Assembly: GCF_000485595.1 (NCBI RefSeq)
Contig: NW_014577080.1
Coordinates: 152,302-199,166 of the forward strand
Direction of reading: 5' to 3'
From: Priapulus caudatus
Lineage: Eukaryota
DNA: 46,865 nt
The notes beneath the pieces were generated by a model. That model saw only the letters and a program-made list of their open reading frames with translations, was not told where the DNA came from and did not search any database. Positions 11,745 to 25,000 of the stretch are shown here, piece after piece (the stretch's first letter is position 1; each line of letters begins with the position of its first letter). The position numbers and the translations under genes are program-made.

Positions 11745-14700
11745 TTAAGCTTCCTCGTCATGCATTTGTTTAAAACATGCCTCGTGTATTGATTAGTGAT
11801 TACGTCCCCGTTAATAGTAAAGTAAAAAAAATATTCCACCTTTTCACAAAATGTAAGTAATTCTGTTCACTTTTTAAGGTTAAATTTCTGCATTATACTT
11901 CCTAGCTTACTATAATATTGTGCAATGTAAACATACACTCGTGACTCATACTTAGCCCATAGCAAGCAATTAATGTCAGGATCATAATATCAAATCGTCC
12001 ACGTTTTTTGGATTTTTAACTAGTTGAGAAACAATCATATCAGGTAAGAATTTGACAATACATTTATTGCCGTTAGTACTTACTTTTCATGTAAAAAAAT
12101 GGCAACAAAATTTCCCAAATATACACCATAGAAAATTCGTGACGTAGTCAATTTAAGCGCGGCCGATTGTTCAAAATGGACGCGGTGCGAGGTGTATCAT
12201 GACGGAGTACCATTACGTTCTCCAAGAATTGGTTAAAATAGCCGCATGCATTACGTGGGATTACGTGATCGGGCGCGAATATAGTAGTATAAAACGTCAT
12301 GGCAAAAAGCATCGAAAATTGTTACGGAAAACGCGAATGAGTGATGCCTTGACAGTGTCTGGGGGGCTAGAGAATTGCAGGCATTTTAACGCTCACGCTC
12401 TCTATTATAAGGTAGGCCCTACGTCTATTGACACGCATGACTCCGTATACGTACGATTGTCCGTACCGCGATAGAGATATTTTTCACAAAATAATCCGGT
12501 TAATTAAAGGTCATCCGCATAATTTAGAAATGTTCGCGAATGAAAAGTATATATGTATTCAATGGTTAATCAAGTGAATCTTTGAAAGGGATTTCGGTAA
12601 ACCGGGTGAATATTTTACACGATTACGAGAACATTGAGAAACGATGGAATATCACGCACGCGTAGCGAACAGCAGATCCCGTTTAATGAACTTCGAAAGA
12701 ACTAGGATTGCGGGAGTGCACATAACACAAGTGGATTAAAATACCGAAGTCAAACAAGAATCCAAAATGGACATGTTTCGATTAGAGCATTATGTCTTCG
12801 TGAATATTAGGTATGAAATGACCCTCGGCTTTAAATTACAGGCTGGGGATCATTGTGTGTATCAGCATAATGCACATGGCAGTACAACCCTTGCCTATCT
12901 ACTTTTCTTGTTATCGAGTATAACAGTGCGATTTTCTCCCAGTTCATATAACTCGCATCTTTCGCTGCTTCTGGACGACAGAGAGTAAGATTAAATCGTT
13001 GCGTAAGAGGCGGATCGTCAGCCAGCCATCCCGTAAATAACTAATATTATTGGCTTAAGAGTACAGGCTAGAAATTCGCCTGGAGAATAAAACAGTGGAT
13101 CAATACTCTTAGGGAATTCCGGACTCTATGGATTTTCGACGCAGTAATAAGCAGTTGTTGGTGAAAATGCTCGCCGGCAGTGAGACATAACGTCTTTGGA
13201 GTTAGCTCTAAATACAGCGACTATAATATGCTCTCTGGCTTTGAATAATCCTAGATTCTTATATACCAAAAGAAAAATGTAAGTGGAAAAGAATATTTTA
13301 AACCGCAACAGCTTCTCGACTGCCGCTAGCAGATAACTCCGTGAAAGCTTTTTTCGGGAGAAGATAGATGGTTTTACGCGTATAGCGACTATGTATTCTT
13401 ATCGCGACGTTTCCCTCTGCGCAAAACCCAACACTTCGCCTGGTGGATTCTCTCGTCAATAACTTGCATTTGGAAGGTTTAAACGGAAAGAGATTTTGCC
13501 GCGCTGTGCGATTGATTCCCGCCTAACAATCGCCGATGTATCGACTGCCGTTATGAGGCGCATGTAGAGAGCAAGATTTGTGCGCGCGTGCCTCACGCTC
13601 GGGTTCTTTTCAGCGGGACCAGCCAGTGTGAGACACGTGCAGCGATCGCGCAGCTACACTCTATATACCAGCGGAGCACGACTCCCGGATTTATTCGCTC
13701 TAGCGATTCACTGACCGCGGTGATTGAAATCCAGAACGGGCTTCGCGTTCGGTGTAGGCGGACTGTGCTCACTGCCGACTTTGTATGCTCGGAGTACAAT
13801 CTAGCGAGAGGAGTGCCGCGAGTGAAAAACATGTGTTAGCTAGGGGAAAATCAATGGTCGTACAAGCAAGCATGTCGGAGTCGTGCATGCTTGTAGTACG
13901 GCGGGCGGGCGTCGATGCATGGACACGGTCGGTGTGGTGCCGCTTCCATGACCAGTGCGCGTTCGTGCACTGTGACGTCCCCACTGCGGTGATTTATTTT
14001 GTTTATCGCAACCCGTTCTCGAGAAAACCTATTTGCCGTAAGTCGCTGAATCCCAGACATTTCTTCTTCGCGAGGTGGCTGAGCGCTCGAGAAGCCTTCT
14101 TTGCTGGGCACTCTCGCGGGAAAAGCCCATTATACGAACACTTAGCACGAAAACCTGGCTTCCGTTATAGAGCGCGAACGAATCGTTAATTCCTCGGGCC
14201 TAGACTCTTTTAACGAACATTACAAGCAATCACGTCTTCGGAATCGAGAAGCGGTGATAAGTCGGCGACATGCCTTGAGGTTCGCTCGATACGAGGTTTT
14301 AACTGGCGCGAGAAAGCGAACGAGCATTACCAGTTGTTATGGCACGATCATCGTAAAAACAAGAAGACCATCAGGTCCGATAGCCAGCTCTATATACGGA
14401 TTACCTGCACTACTTCGCGTAGCCTATATTCACGGTAAATGCGTCATTTAGTGCTGCTTACACGTGAACATACGTGTTATATATAAGGAGGCCTATATGT
14501 CGAAGATATGTGTTCTACGTGACCAAATCTAAAATCTCACAATCAGCGGCAAAGGCGCAACGACTTAACGCTCGCATTCGGCAAACGTCGCTGTTGTGAA
14601 AGCGGTGAGATTACGGGTCAATGATGGTGAAATCCAAGCGACTTGTTTTGGCGAGACAATAAAAGCACCGGCAATACGGACGTTGTTGTAATGCATATAC

Positions 14701-15499
14701 TGTATCTGTAGGGTTAGGGTGCTGCTAGAACAGCCAATCAGACAAAAAGGTCGAGCAATTAAATGGGATGCGCGAGAAGAGTACACATAAAACGAATTTT
14801 TATCGTTTGTACATAATACATCCTACATTCATAGTTTTATGTCTGTGCTATTTTCATGAAACATAAAAATGTAATAACACACTAGCAAATAATTGAACTT
14901 TTAACCCTAATGGAAATTAGTATACATTGAAAGAACCTATACATGTCAAATGTAGATTTTGTTAAAATTTCAAATAATTTTTGTATGCATCTACCAAAAT
15001 TATTACATTGCAGTTCAAAATAACGTTGCTTAACCATTTAAACATTTTCCCTCCCTTGTCTAAATTGTTTTAATTAAAACCAATAATTGACACGTAATGC
15101 GTTAATCAGGCGTGTCATATTTAAAATATGCGATGATTAAGTTTAAATCATAAAGGATTTTACAACACACAAACGCATATGGATTCTAAAGTATCGCGCA
15201 AGATTAAGATTGTTGCGTATAGAGACAGTATCGCATTCTCACAGTAAATTAGCGCAGCGCTCCCACGGGGTTGTGATAGTGTTTTGAATGTACTAACTTT
15301 ACTGCAACGGCTTTTCAAGGATCATCCTTCTGGGCTAGTAACGTCGCGTTACTAAATTCAATTACAATTACAAATTCGTTCACAGTGGCTTCGTAGTTTA
15401 AAGAAATTTCTTTGTCGACAAGAAAGAGCAACAGTGCGTTTAACAGCTTCCTCCCTCATTGTTCTGCGAAATAGAGTATTGGCATGTCGTAAGGCAGGA

Positions 15500-16120
15500 T
15501 CTCTCTCTCTCTCTTTCGTTTTCTTTATATATCTCTCTCCCTCTCTCTGTCTTTCTAGCTCTGTAGTACCGGCCTTCGCCGCTCTCCCGTATTAAGGGAG
15601 CCGGGTTGTTAGTTCCTTGTATCCCATGGTGCACAAACACAGATACACACACACACGCACACACTCACTCTCTCTCTCTCTCTCATCCATCCATCCTTGG
15701 TGTGGTTGGTGGTAGCGGTAGCGGAGGCGGTTGTGGTGGTGGTGGTGGTGGCGGTGGTGGTGGTGGTGGTGGCGGCGGCGGCAGCGGCGGCGGTGGCGGT
15801 GGCGGTAGCGGTAGCGGTGGTGGTACTGACGACGGTAGTTGTGGTAGTGGTGGGAGGGATATTCGGTATTGATAGCAGTTGTGGTTTTCATTTTCGTGGG
15901 TGCGTGCAAGTGTGCATCCGTGCGTATGTGCGTATACGTACGTACGTGCGCATGTGAGTGCGTGTCTACATGCGTGCGTGTGTGCTTGCATGCAAGTGCG
16001 GGATAGTGCGCACACGAGTACGCACGCACGTACGTAAGTGCGTGCGTGTGTGCGTGCATGCAAGTGAGGGTTCGTGTGCACACGCGTACGTGCGTATGTG
16101 CGTGTGTGCGTGCGTGTATA
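15500..16120. repeat. Compound low-complexity block: (CT)n, (CA)n, (GGT/GGC)n at ~15700-15855, degenerate (GT/GCGT)n
   Basis: Direct inspection. Confidence 0.9.
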
Positions 16121-18955
16121 TGTGGGAGAGCATATGCACCTGGACTTCCTAGCGCGCACTGCTTCCTACGTCGTTAAAATGAGGATTCATTGCCAAGTAT
16201 CGTGTTAATTCCCGACCTAAAGGCGGCATCACAATTTCGCAGATGTACGCAGGCTCTTCTACCGATGGGCAAAACTAACATCGCTATAGCGTAGCTGGCA
16301 TTGAACAATTCCCAAAACCATTCCCGGGCTAATATTATAGAACACAGTTATGCAATCAGACTAAGCCCGCCGACTGTTTACAAGGTGAAGTACACTTAGA
16401 CGCGCATGGAAAAATATAAACGAGCGCAATTTAGACAAATATTATAAATAAATTAAGGGCGAAAATCAATTTGCTGTTGCACTTGTTCGACATCAAAATT
16501 ATTATGACTTCAACCTCAGGGCGTACCCACGGTAAATCTTTACCAGACTGTTTAATCATGTATGAAATTGCTTTTACAATACTACGCGTTCATAAAGCAC
16601 CATTAAGTCTTCCTTTAAGGGCAACAACCTAGCTCACAAAATACGGTTGGGCGCTCAAACATGGATAGTGTGTGTGTGTTGAGGCGTGAGTAAGCCTCTA
16701 TAGTGTTCCTGTATTTAAATATTTTAAATCTGACACACTTGCTAAATTAAGCATAGAAACAGGTAGTGTCTACTTGCGGATATTTTTTATTTATATCTCT
16801 TACTGCATTCTACAGCTATCCGTGTTAAGTATAGAATACTTGCTTGCACCTTGTTTTTGACTTTGTATTAAAGCGTCCGTTATAAAACAGTAGGCAAACA
16901 CTAACATCCGCCTCGCCCCATAGGCACAGACAACTGAGATTACGGTATGTAACATTCGTACTACAGATAACGAGGTGCACCGCTATTAACCACCTAATTA
17001 GTCTTAGTAGGATCAATCAACAAAAAAATTATCGCGCGAGACATAAGCCCGGATATAAGATTTCGCATCAAACTATCGAATGATGGAACAACGTGCAGGA
17101 TTGTGGATACAATATTAACAGTAGAGCCTACTAGAGGTTAGTAGCAACATTACGTGTCTGGCAGTGATGTCACGCGAAACATGAACACATGATTTATATC
17201 TGCCAGCATTATTGTATAAATCGAGGATAAACGAAAGTATAAACAAGAGAAAAATCGTCAATTAGAACGACGACGAGAGGAATGTCTGTAAACGGATGTG
17301 TAGTGTAACCAGTAGAATGAAGGTATAAAGTCAAAACTTGTTGTAGTAACCGGAATAAACTTTAATAACGCAGACACAGTGTCGTCGCATCGCACAAAGA
17401 GACAAAGAACGCCGCACACGCGCATACGCGCGTGTGCTCAGCTCCGCGCCCAGAACCCGAACCTCCCCTCCCTTCCTATTACATCTCTCCCTATATATTC
17501 GCCCAAAACTCCCTACATCTTGAGCGCACATGTCACCCGTTCTGTCCAGTTCCAACCGTTCCCCTCATTTCACAATCACCCTAGAAACTGCATAACCTAA
17601 CTATTTCTCATCTGTATGCTAAACGCCGAACCCTGCTTCTATGTACAACTAAATCTATCTACGATTACTAATTCAATGAACATGTGTAAAACACACGTTA
17701 CAGTAGTGTTCTATTGTTTTCATATATCGTTTTGCCAGGTGGAGGGACTCCTGATTCGGGGAATAAACGTGGAAGTTGAGTTTCACATATCTGCGTCCTC
17801 TAATTTATTGGAGTAAGAGTTATGTAAGATAAAGATATCTACTATAATTCATGTAGTAAGAGAGATACAACAGGATGAAAGAGGAAACGTGTAGTCGGCT
17901 GATCCCTCAGCACTGGCCGTAACTGAGACATGTGTTTATGTGTTCTAATGCCAAACGTATTCTATATCGTGTATACTAGTAAGCAATGTCTAATGTAATT
18001 AATTAATTATGTAATTAGTGTCTAAAAGCTTGAGCGCAAATACTTCCAAATAAGTAATCTTACGCCGTGTAAAGACGGTAGAAATTTCAATGAAAAAGAT
18101 GACGACCCCTATTAGTTTACTAAGACGCCTACAAATCGAGAACTATCTCAATTCTGTAAACGAATGTCTGAAATAAAAGGAAATAATCGCACGGTTTTGC
18201 TATCGGCCAGCAAGTCGATTTTTCCTAACATTCGCAGGGCGGGGAAACCAGCCAACCCAATACGCACAATTGCAGTGTTTGATTTACGACAATTGGCAGA
18301 GGTGTGAACGACATGCTGAACAAGCCTGTCTGGCAAGCACGGACGACCAGACTCGTCCCTTGTGTGAAGTAGATTAACCGATTTCGATATGGAGTGTGAA
18401 TTCTGAAGCGATTGTGTAAGGCGTTGACTTTGAAAATGATTTTAGAGAAATGGTTACATCTCAATGTGCATAACGCTACCATCATGGCAAATTCTGTTAA
18501 AGTTTAAAATTATTGGCATGTAGATGTACGTAAATGTAATAATATACATCACGTCTGCATTTTAAGGAAGGAAGTGAGGAGATGAATCATCGGTGTTCAT
18601 GGCAATAATATGACTTCACTTGTGATAAAAGTTGACGAATTCAATCGGAATGGAAAAGGGGGGCGAATATGCGATAATTAAGTGCATATAGACATGAGCG
18701 TCGAGAGACTCGATCTGAAATAGGTACAACAATCAAGAATACAGAATTATTCAAACGTTATCTCATGTACAGATCGGCCGTGCTAAGGATAACAACCGAG
18801 AACTGAAACTGCTCGGAATACTGTCTTTCACGTGGTGGATGAAATCCCACAAGCCAAATATTATATGGATAGCTAATTATAGCTGTACGCGTACGGATGC
18901 GCGCCAGGCTATTTGTTTAATGATAATGATATTTGCTTACATTCTAATTAGTGCC

Positions 18956-18956
<1 letters not shown>

Positions 18957-19011
<55 letters not shown>
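18957..19011. repeat. Perfect (GT)n microsatellite
   Basis: Direct inspection. Confidence 0.95.
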
Positions 19012-19012
<1 letters not shown>

Positions 19013-20726
19013 TATATATATATCCTTTTATCTAATGCAATTTAATATACATTAGGCACACATAACTGATTATTATCAACACTCATTTACACGTTCGAGT
19101 TCTTTGTTAGTCGTTTATAGCGAAGATCGATAGGTAATCTGACATATTGCAGCCACGGACAACCTTTCATAGATCAACATGGCCAAAAAGTTAGCTGATA
19201 TTTCCTGCGGCGATCGTGACTGCGTTATTTGACAATTCGCACCATGAAGTAGCGATTACTAACTGCAATTACAAATTAATGGAGCACCGTTCACGCTGTG
19301 ATCAGATGCTGTAAATACTTATTAGCTGTACTCACGTGTTTAGTTTACCTAACCTCAACTTGTAGTCATGACGCCAACCAGAGTACCAACACTCGACCGT
19401 CCACCCCAACAATTGTTTTTCAATTTATAATTTCGTTCTATAAAGTGAAGTGGATACGTTAGTGATCACGAGTAATCATCTAATAGCAATGACGGCGGCG
19501 TCTGCTGACGGTTTGAACATCAAATACATACCTGCATCTAAAAAATCGGAGGTCTTTTTTTCCTAAATTTTGAGATGGAGTACATGCAATTAATGTAATA
19601 GTAGATTAACATTGTTTAGCTACTATTGTTGATAATAGCTACAGCTGGCTATCCATCTTGAACCCACATAGAGCAGCCTGTCTCCGTAGCACCGTGTCTG
19701 AATTGGATCTTGATCTCAAAGGTAGGTTATATTTCTCCTGATATAATAAAGCTTACTGTGACAAGGAATTATACTTTTATCTAAATAAATGCAGAAATAA
19801 TCGCGGTGATGTAGTGGCGTGATGCTAATTGTTCACTCAAGCCAATATCAAACGCAGTCGCTGTCAAATGTTTAGGAATTGAACGAAGAATATTGCATAG
19901 CGATATGCCGTGAAGACCGCAATAGGCCGCAATATGCCTTGAAAACCATGTATAGTGGCATAATAATGGTGGGCAATATTATGGCACGGACAAGCTATCG
20001 ATTATCTCATATGGCAGCTGTAGAGGCTATATGCACGTCGGTATCAACTATAATACTACATTATTTATCATTATCAGACATTTAATGGCTAATATACATA
20101 CGACCGAAAATCCATTTTTTTGCTCGACTGTAACACGGACGCATATAAGCTGCAACGTTAAAATGATAACACATAATTATGTGACAACGCTATACACACC
20201 ATCACGTAATAATATCAATCGTCATGCAATGTGACGATATTTAGTTCAAAATGACTGGAAAATAGTACCTTGTCAAACGTGGCGTAGGTCAAAATAATAT
20301 AGCAACATAAACTGGCTCGACGTAATAATTGCCAGCAGAGAATGAAGCGATTTCAACCTAATGTATATATTCGTAAAGTAAAATTGATTACATTACTATC
20401 TTTGCTATTAATGAGGGTCTTTCTTCATGTTTGAAATGGAATCTCATTTGTATGAACTTCAAGTTTTCACAGCCATAATGGATTTGGCACGATTTTTGGC
20501 GCATGGAGCAAAATTTATAACATGATTCTTGCCTCATGAGACCAGTTGCTGATGAACTAACTTGAATTATACGCACACATAGGGGAAGGTCGCTGTGCTA
20601 GATTCACGATTAAAACCCGAATTTCAGATTGAAGAAAATATAGACTTTTTACTGTCTTTCGCTTTTTAATCATTATCGAAAATATTCATGCCTGAGTTAT
20701 GCGTTTTATCACGTTTTATTATGTTG

Positions 20727-20912
20727 TGTCGTGTCGTGTCGTGTCGTGTCGTGAACATACATACATACATACATACATACATACATACCCACACACGTAC
20801 GTACGTAACCGCATGCGCGTACACACACTCTCTCTCACGTATAAATAAATAAATAAATAAACAAATAAATAAATAAATAAATAAATAATTAAATATATAA
20901 ACAAATAAATAA
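20727..20912. repeat. (GTGTC)n, (CATA)n and (AAAT)n microsatellites just downstream of the signal-peptide exon donor
   Basis: Direct inspection. Confidence 0.9.
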
Positions 20913-20927
20913 GTATGATATACTTAC

Positions 20928-21000
20928 TGTGCGTCGCCCATATGTGTGACAGATGAATGAGAAGTAGACTCCAGTAGACAGCACCCGATAGCCGGCGCAT
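20928..21000 (-). CDS. First coding exon of the CUB gene: signal peptide (full exon 21017-20928 including 17 nt upstream of the ATG)
   Basis: Acceptor tgttgcag| at 21020-21018, ATG at 21000, donor A|gtaagt at 20927-20922. Encodes MRRLSGAVYWSLLLIHLSHIWATH (basic n-region, hydrophobic h-region, plausible cleavage after IWA) plus 1 nt. Phase 1 joins the 508 exon in frame to give ...IWATHKPQCTHEF... Confidence 0.8.
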
Positions 21001-21050
21001 AGCTCTAATCAACTCACCTGCAACATTCGACAAACGATCATAAATCAATC

Positions 21051-21127
21051 ATCTATCTATCTGTGTGTCTGTCTGTCTGTCGGTCTGTCGGTCGGTTTGT
21101 TATTCTGTCTTTCTGTCTGTCGGTCTA

Positions 21128-21158
<31 letters not shown>

Positions 21159-21489
21159 TACTGTCTTTCTGTCTGTCTTTCTGTCTGCCTGTCTGTTTGT
21201 CTGTCGGTCGGTCGGTCTGTCTGTCTGTATGTATGTCTGTCTGTCTCTCTGTCGGTCGGTCGGTCGGTCGGTCTGTCTGTCTGTCTGTCTGTCTGTCTTC
21301 CTGTATGTCTGTCTGTTTGTCTGTATATTCCTCCATCCATCCGTCCGTCTGTCTGTCTGTCTGTCTGTCTGGCTGGCTGGCTGTCTGTCTGTCGGTCGGT
21401 CGGTCGGTTTGACTGTCTGTCTGTCTGTCTGTCTATCTGTCTGTCTGTCTGTCCCTCCATTTCCCGTCCGTCTGTCCGTCCGTCCGTCC

Positions 21490-21568
<79 letters not shown>

Positions 21569-21925
21569 GGTCTGTTTGTTTGCCTACCTGCCTTCCTGCC
21601 TGACCGACCTACCAGCCGACCGGCTGACCAGCCGACTGACTGCCTGCATGCATGCCTGAATGCCTGTCTGCATGCCTGACTGCTTGTTTGTATGCCTGAC
21701 TGCTTGTCTGTATGCCTGAATGCCTGTCTGTATTCCTGTCTATCTGTCCTTGCACCCATTCGCCATCTAATATACCTGTCTCCAAAGGCATTCAGACGCG
21801 CGTGCACATATGAATCCGTCAGTTAATCCAGCCGGCTGCTGTTCGTTTCTTTCCTCGTGCATTTAATCTTTCTTTCTCTCTCTCGCTCTCTCTTTCTCTC
21901 TGTCTCTCTATCTCATGCTTTATTA

Positions 21926-21962
<37 letters not shown>

Positions 21963-22035
21963 ATGTATGTATGTATGTATACGTGTGTGTGTGGGTGCGT
22001 GCGTGCGTGCGTGCGTGCCGTGCGTGCGTGCGTGT
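21051..22035. repeat. ~700 bp compound (TCTG/TCGG/TCCG)n tetranucleotide array, then (CT)n, (TATG)n and (GCGT)n
   Basis: Direct inspection; the array begins ~30 nt from the 21018 acceptor. Confidence 0.95.
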
Positions 22036-25000
22036 ACATGTGTTAGTGTGTTTACGTACTATGTGTCAACAGATGTGACATTATGTCCCACCTGACTTGT
22101 GATGATATATGTTTCCCGCTTGCACCCCACGCGATAACTAGATTGTCCGTCCCTGCACATCCTTACGACGATATGTCTACCGAAACATGCAGCCATGCGA
22201 ATGCAATGGCACTGGATCAGTGACAGCAACGAAGTAGTGGTTTTTTTTCTGCGCGCTCACGGGGGATAGGTGCCGCAAATTAATTGTGTACAACGCATGC
22301 TAATATCAATAAATGTGTTCCGACAAAGTAATCGTTGTGTTGAGATCGAATTAACAAAAGTATTTAGAACGATGTCGTTAACTGTCGGAATCTGTAAAGG
22401 CGACGTCCACAACGAATGGGTATTTGTCGATCGATGTCAACGAGGAAGTAGAGTTCGCAATGAATAAATGAATGCACGCACGAACGCCGCTGACAAATGC
22501 ATTAGCTTCGTAATGGCACAAGGCATGTTATAATGCACGATTGCTACTCGTGTACTCTGCTAGGCCATTTAGGCGAGGTCTTCCTTATCATCTTGATATA
22601 TTTTCCTAATCTGAATTACATTCCTTGAAGACCCCTGCGCTCCCCATAGGAAATGCATGCGGTTGATCATAATGGATTATGAATGTGGAAAGGGGGCATG
22701 CCAGTTAGTACACGCTCTGGCACATCACGACAAAATTTTATTTTTAGATGTGTTTAACGCTTTCAACAAGTACGTCAATTAAACAGAATAGAACAAATCT
22801 AGATGTTTGACCATGCCAACATGTCACAATCACCTATACCCTAGCGGATACGCGTGCCATCTTTCGAACCTAATACAATCATCGACATGACAACTACGTT
22901 AGGAACGCAGTGTCGTAAATTACACGTGCTTACTAATTTCGATGTTAGACGCGCTCTTACTACGATGACGACATCAGTGTACCTGCAGTACGAGTAATAA
23001 GCTACGCAGCTCCGCTCGTCCACGATCGCCAATGAATCATCCTAATGGAAACACACGCGCCTTGTCTGAGCTTCGTCGACCATCGATTTGGCACTTACGA
23101 CGCCGACATGCAGCGTGTGATGTTCTCGCCGGTAGGCTATGATAGATCTGGACGACGTCGCTCAGCTGTACGCATTTCTAATCCGATCATATGCTGATTG
23201 TACATGCATGCATGCCCCTGGCAACTTACAAAAGCAATACCCGACGCCGTTCTGAATGTGATGGCGGCGCATATGTGTCGTGTGTGGCTTCAGGTGGCAT
23301 GCTCGATTTGCCGCGTCCATATTCATGACCGCGTGGCTCAATGTTTCGCGCATAATCATCATGTGGCCCTTTAGCGCGGGTAGCGACGCGGTGCTAGGCG
23401 AGGGCTGTTCGCAGCAGCACGATAAGCTGTTAGATTGCAGGGCGCAGCTAGATCATAGTGTAACACTGTAAGTAAGAGCAATGGATTAGCGATACTTTAT
23501 ATACGCTGACAGCATGAATGACACATGTCACCATCGTTACATTAGAGACAAGGAGGCGCATTAATCATTATTCGAAACGTTGTTTGAAGCTGATATTTGG
23601 AGAGGGACTACTTTAGTGCAGGTGATATCACCAGCTGTATATGAATAGAGATTCTCTATTTGTGCACTCCTGATATTAGTAAAGCAGCACATTTACCGTC
23701 CGTGTGTTATAAACAACGGTAGGTGAGCCTGTGACAAAGTTACGTTGCACACTACTGTTGTACATTGATGAGTCTGTTATTATATTCAGTTTAGATAGTG
23801 TTTAAGATAGATGTAATATATCATGTCTAACAGCTTCGAGAGATTATGATCTCACATCACATTACGTAAGGGAGCACAATAAAAGCTAATTTTTCCTGAA
23901 TAGGATAATAATTAATTACAGCAATTTGTAGGAATTGCATTTGCTAATGCACACTCTTATTTTCACGTATTATTTCATTAGTAATGTATCAGATTTATTG
24001 CAGATGACTAGAATCGTTCACTTTTGTCAATTTGTATAGGTAATTCACTTCATCTCATTATTATTAGACCACATTTTCGTGCGCATTATGTCTTGAGAAG
24101 TCGTTATAATTACCATCGGGGTTACTTCATCGAGTCCGTTAAAATGCCATGGCTGATTCTGACGATAAGAACTAAACTAGCGCTTGATAAATATTATATT
24201 TAAATCCGCCTGGAGTAGAACAATGGTCCTAGTTAGGTATAAATCCAAATTATGCATTGAAAAAGCAGGCGTTGATTCAGTTAACTCATGCGAGATTTGA
24301 TTACATGGTATTTCGTTAACAGAATAAATTTTAATTCGGACATGTGCAATACAAAAGATTGAGTTCGAAGAAATACCAATTTACCATATTTATTGCGTTT
24401 GTTTTTAGTAATTTGTTTTCAATTTCATCGCTAAAGCTGATCAGGCTGTTCGATATCAACGCGTTATCTGATCAAGAACACTTCTGCGTGCAGTTGATCA
24501 ATAATGCTTGCGATAAGCAAGTCTTTGAGCAGTATTTAATCCACTGCCAAGGCTCCGGGATCACGGGGGAGATGCGGTAGTTAATAAAGCTGTTCTCATA
24601 AGAAAGAGCATCCACTCGAAGTATTGCGCTATATGTACCGTGAAGGAAAAATATCACCGTGTGCCGGTCAGTTATCTGACTTTTCGCAATATATCTATAT
24701 TTGCATCTATATTGGCGCACGTCATAAATCCTTGTCTCATTGTGACGGCCCTCAATGATTTGCGAATTTTATGTAAGGTAACAATGCGGGGGTTTGCTTG
24801 CTATCTCACCACAACTACAATAATATATAATAATTCCCCTTAATTATGTATCTTACGTGTAATGTGACTGGTATAGATCTACGCTCTCCAGATTCACGCT
24901 CAATTCGGTCTCATCTAAGGCGTTGACGACACAAGCGGCCTGCTAAATGGTGGATGCTTAACCGTTGACAGCACTGCCACCTAGCGTGTCATTCGGCGTG

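Larger units (their letters stand above)
509..20927 (-). other. 20.4 kb intron of the CUB gene (inferred)
   Basis: GT..AG bounded interval between two phase-compatible exons. No other convincing coding exon was found inside it, though small exons could be missed, including within the N gap. Confidence 0.65.

Noticed and set aside
15378..15392. ttcacagtggct match to the miR-27 5' end
   Set aside because: Only 12 nt match and no precursor hairpin seen.
15606..16159. Gly-rich / Pro-rich / His-rich ORFs
   Set aside because: Trinucleotide repeat embedded among other microsatellites, with no flanking domain or convincing splice sites.
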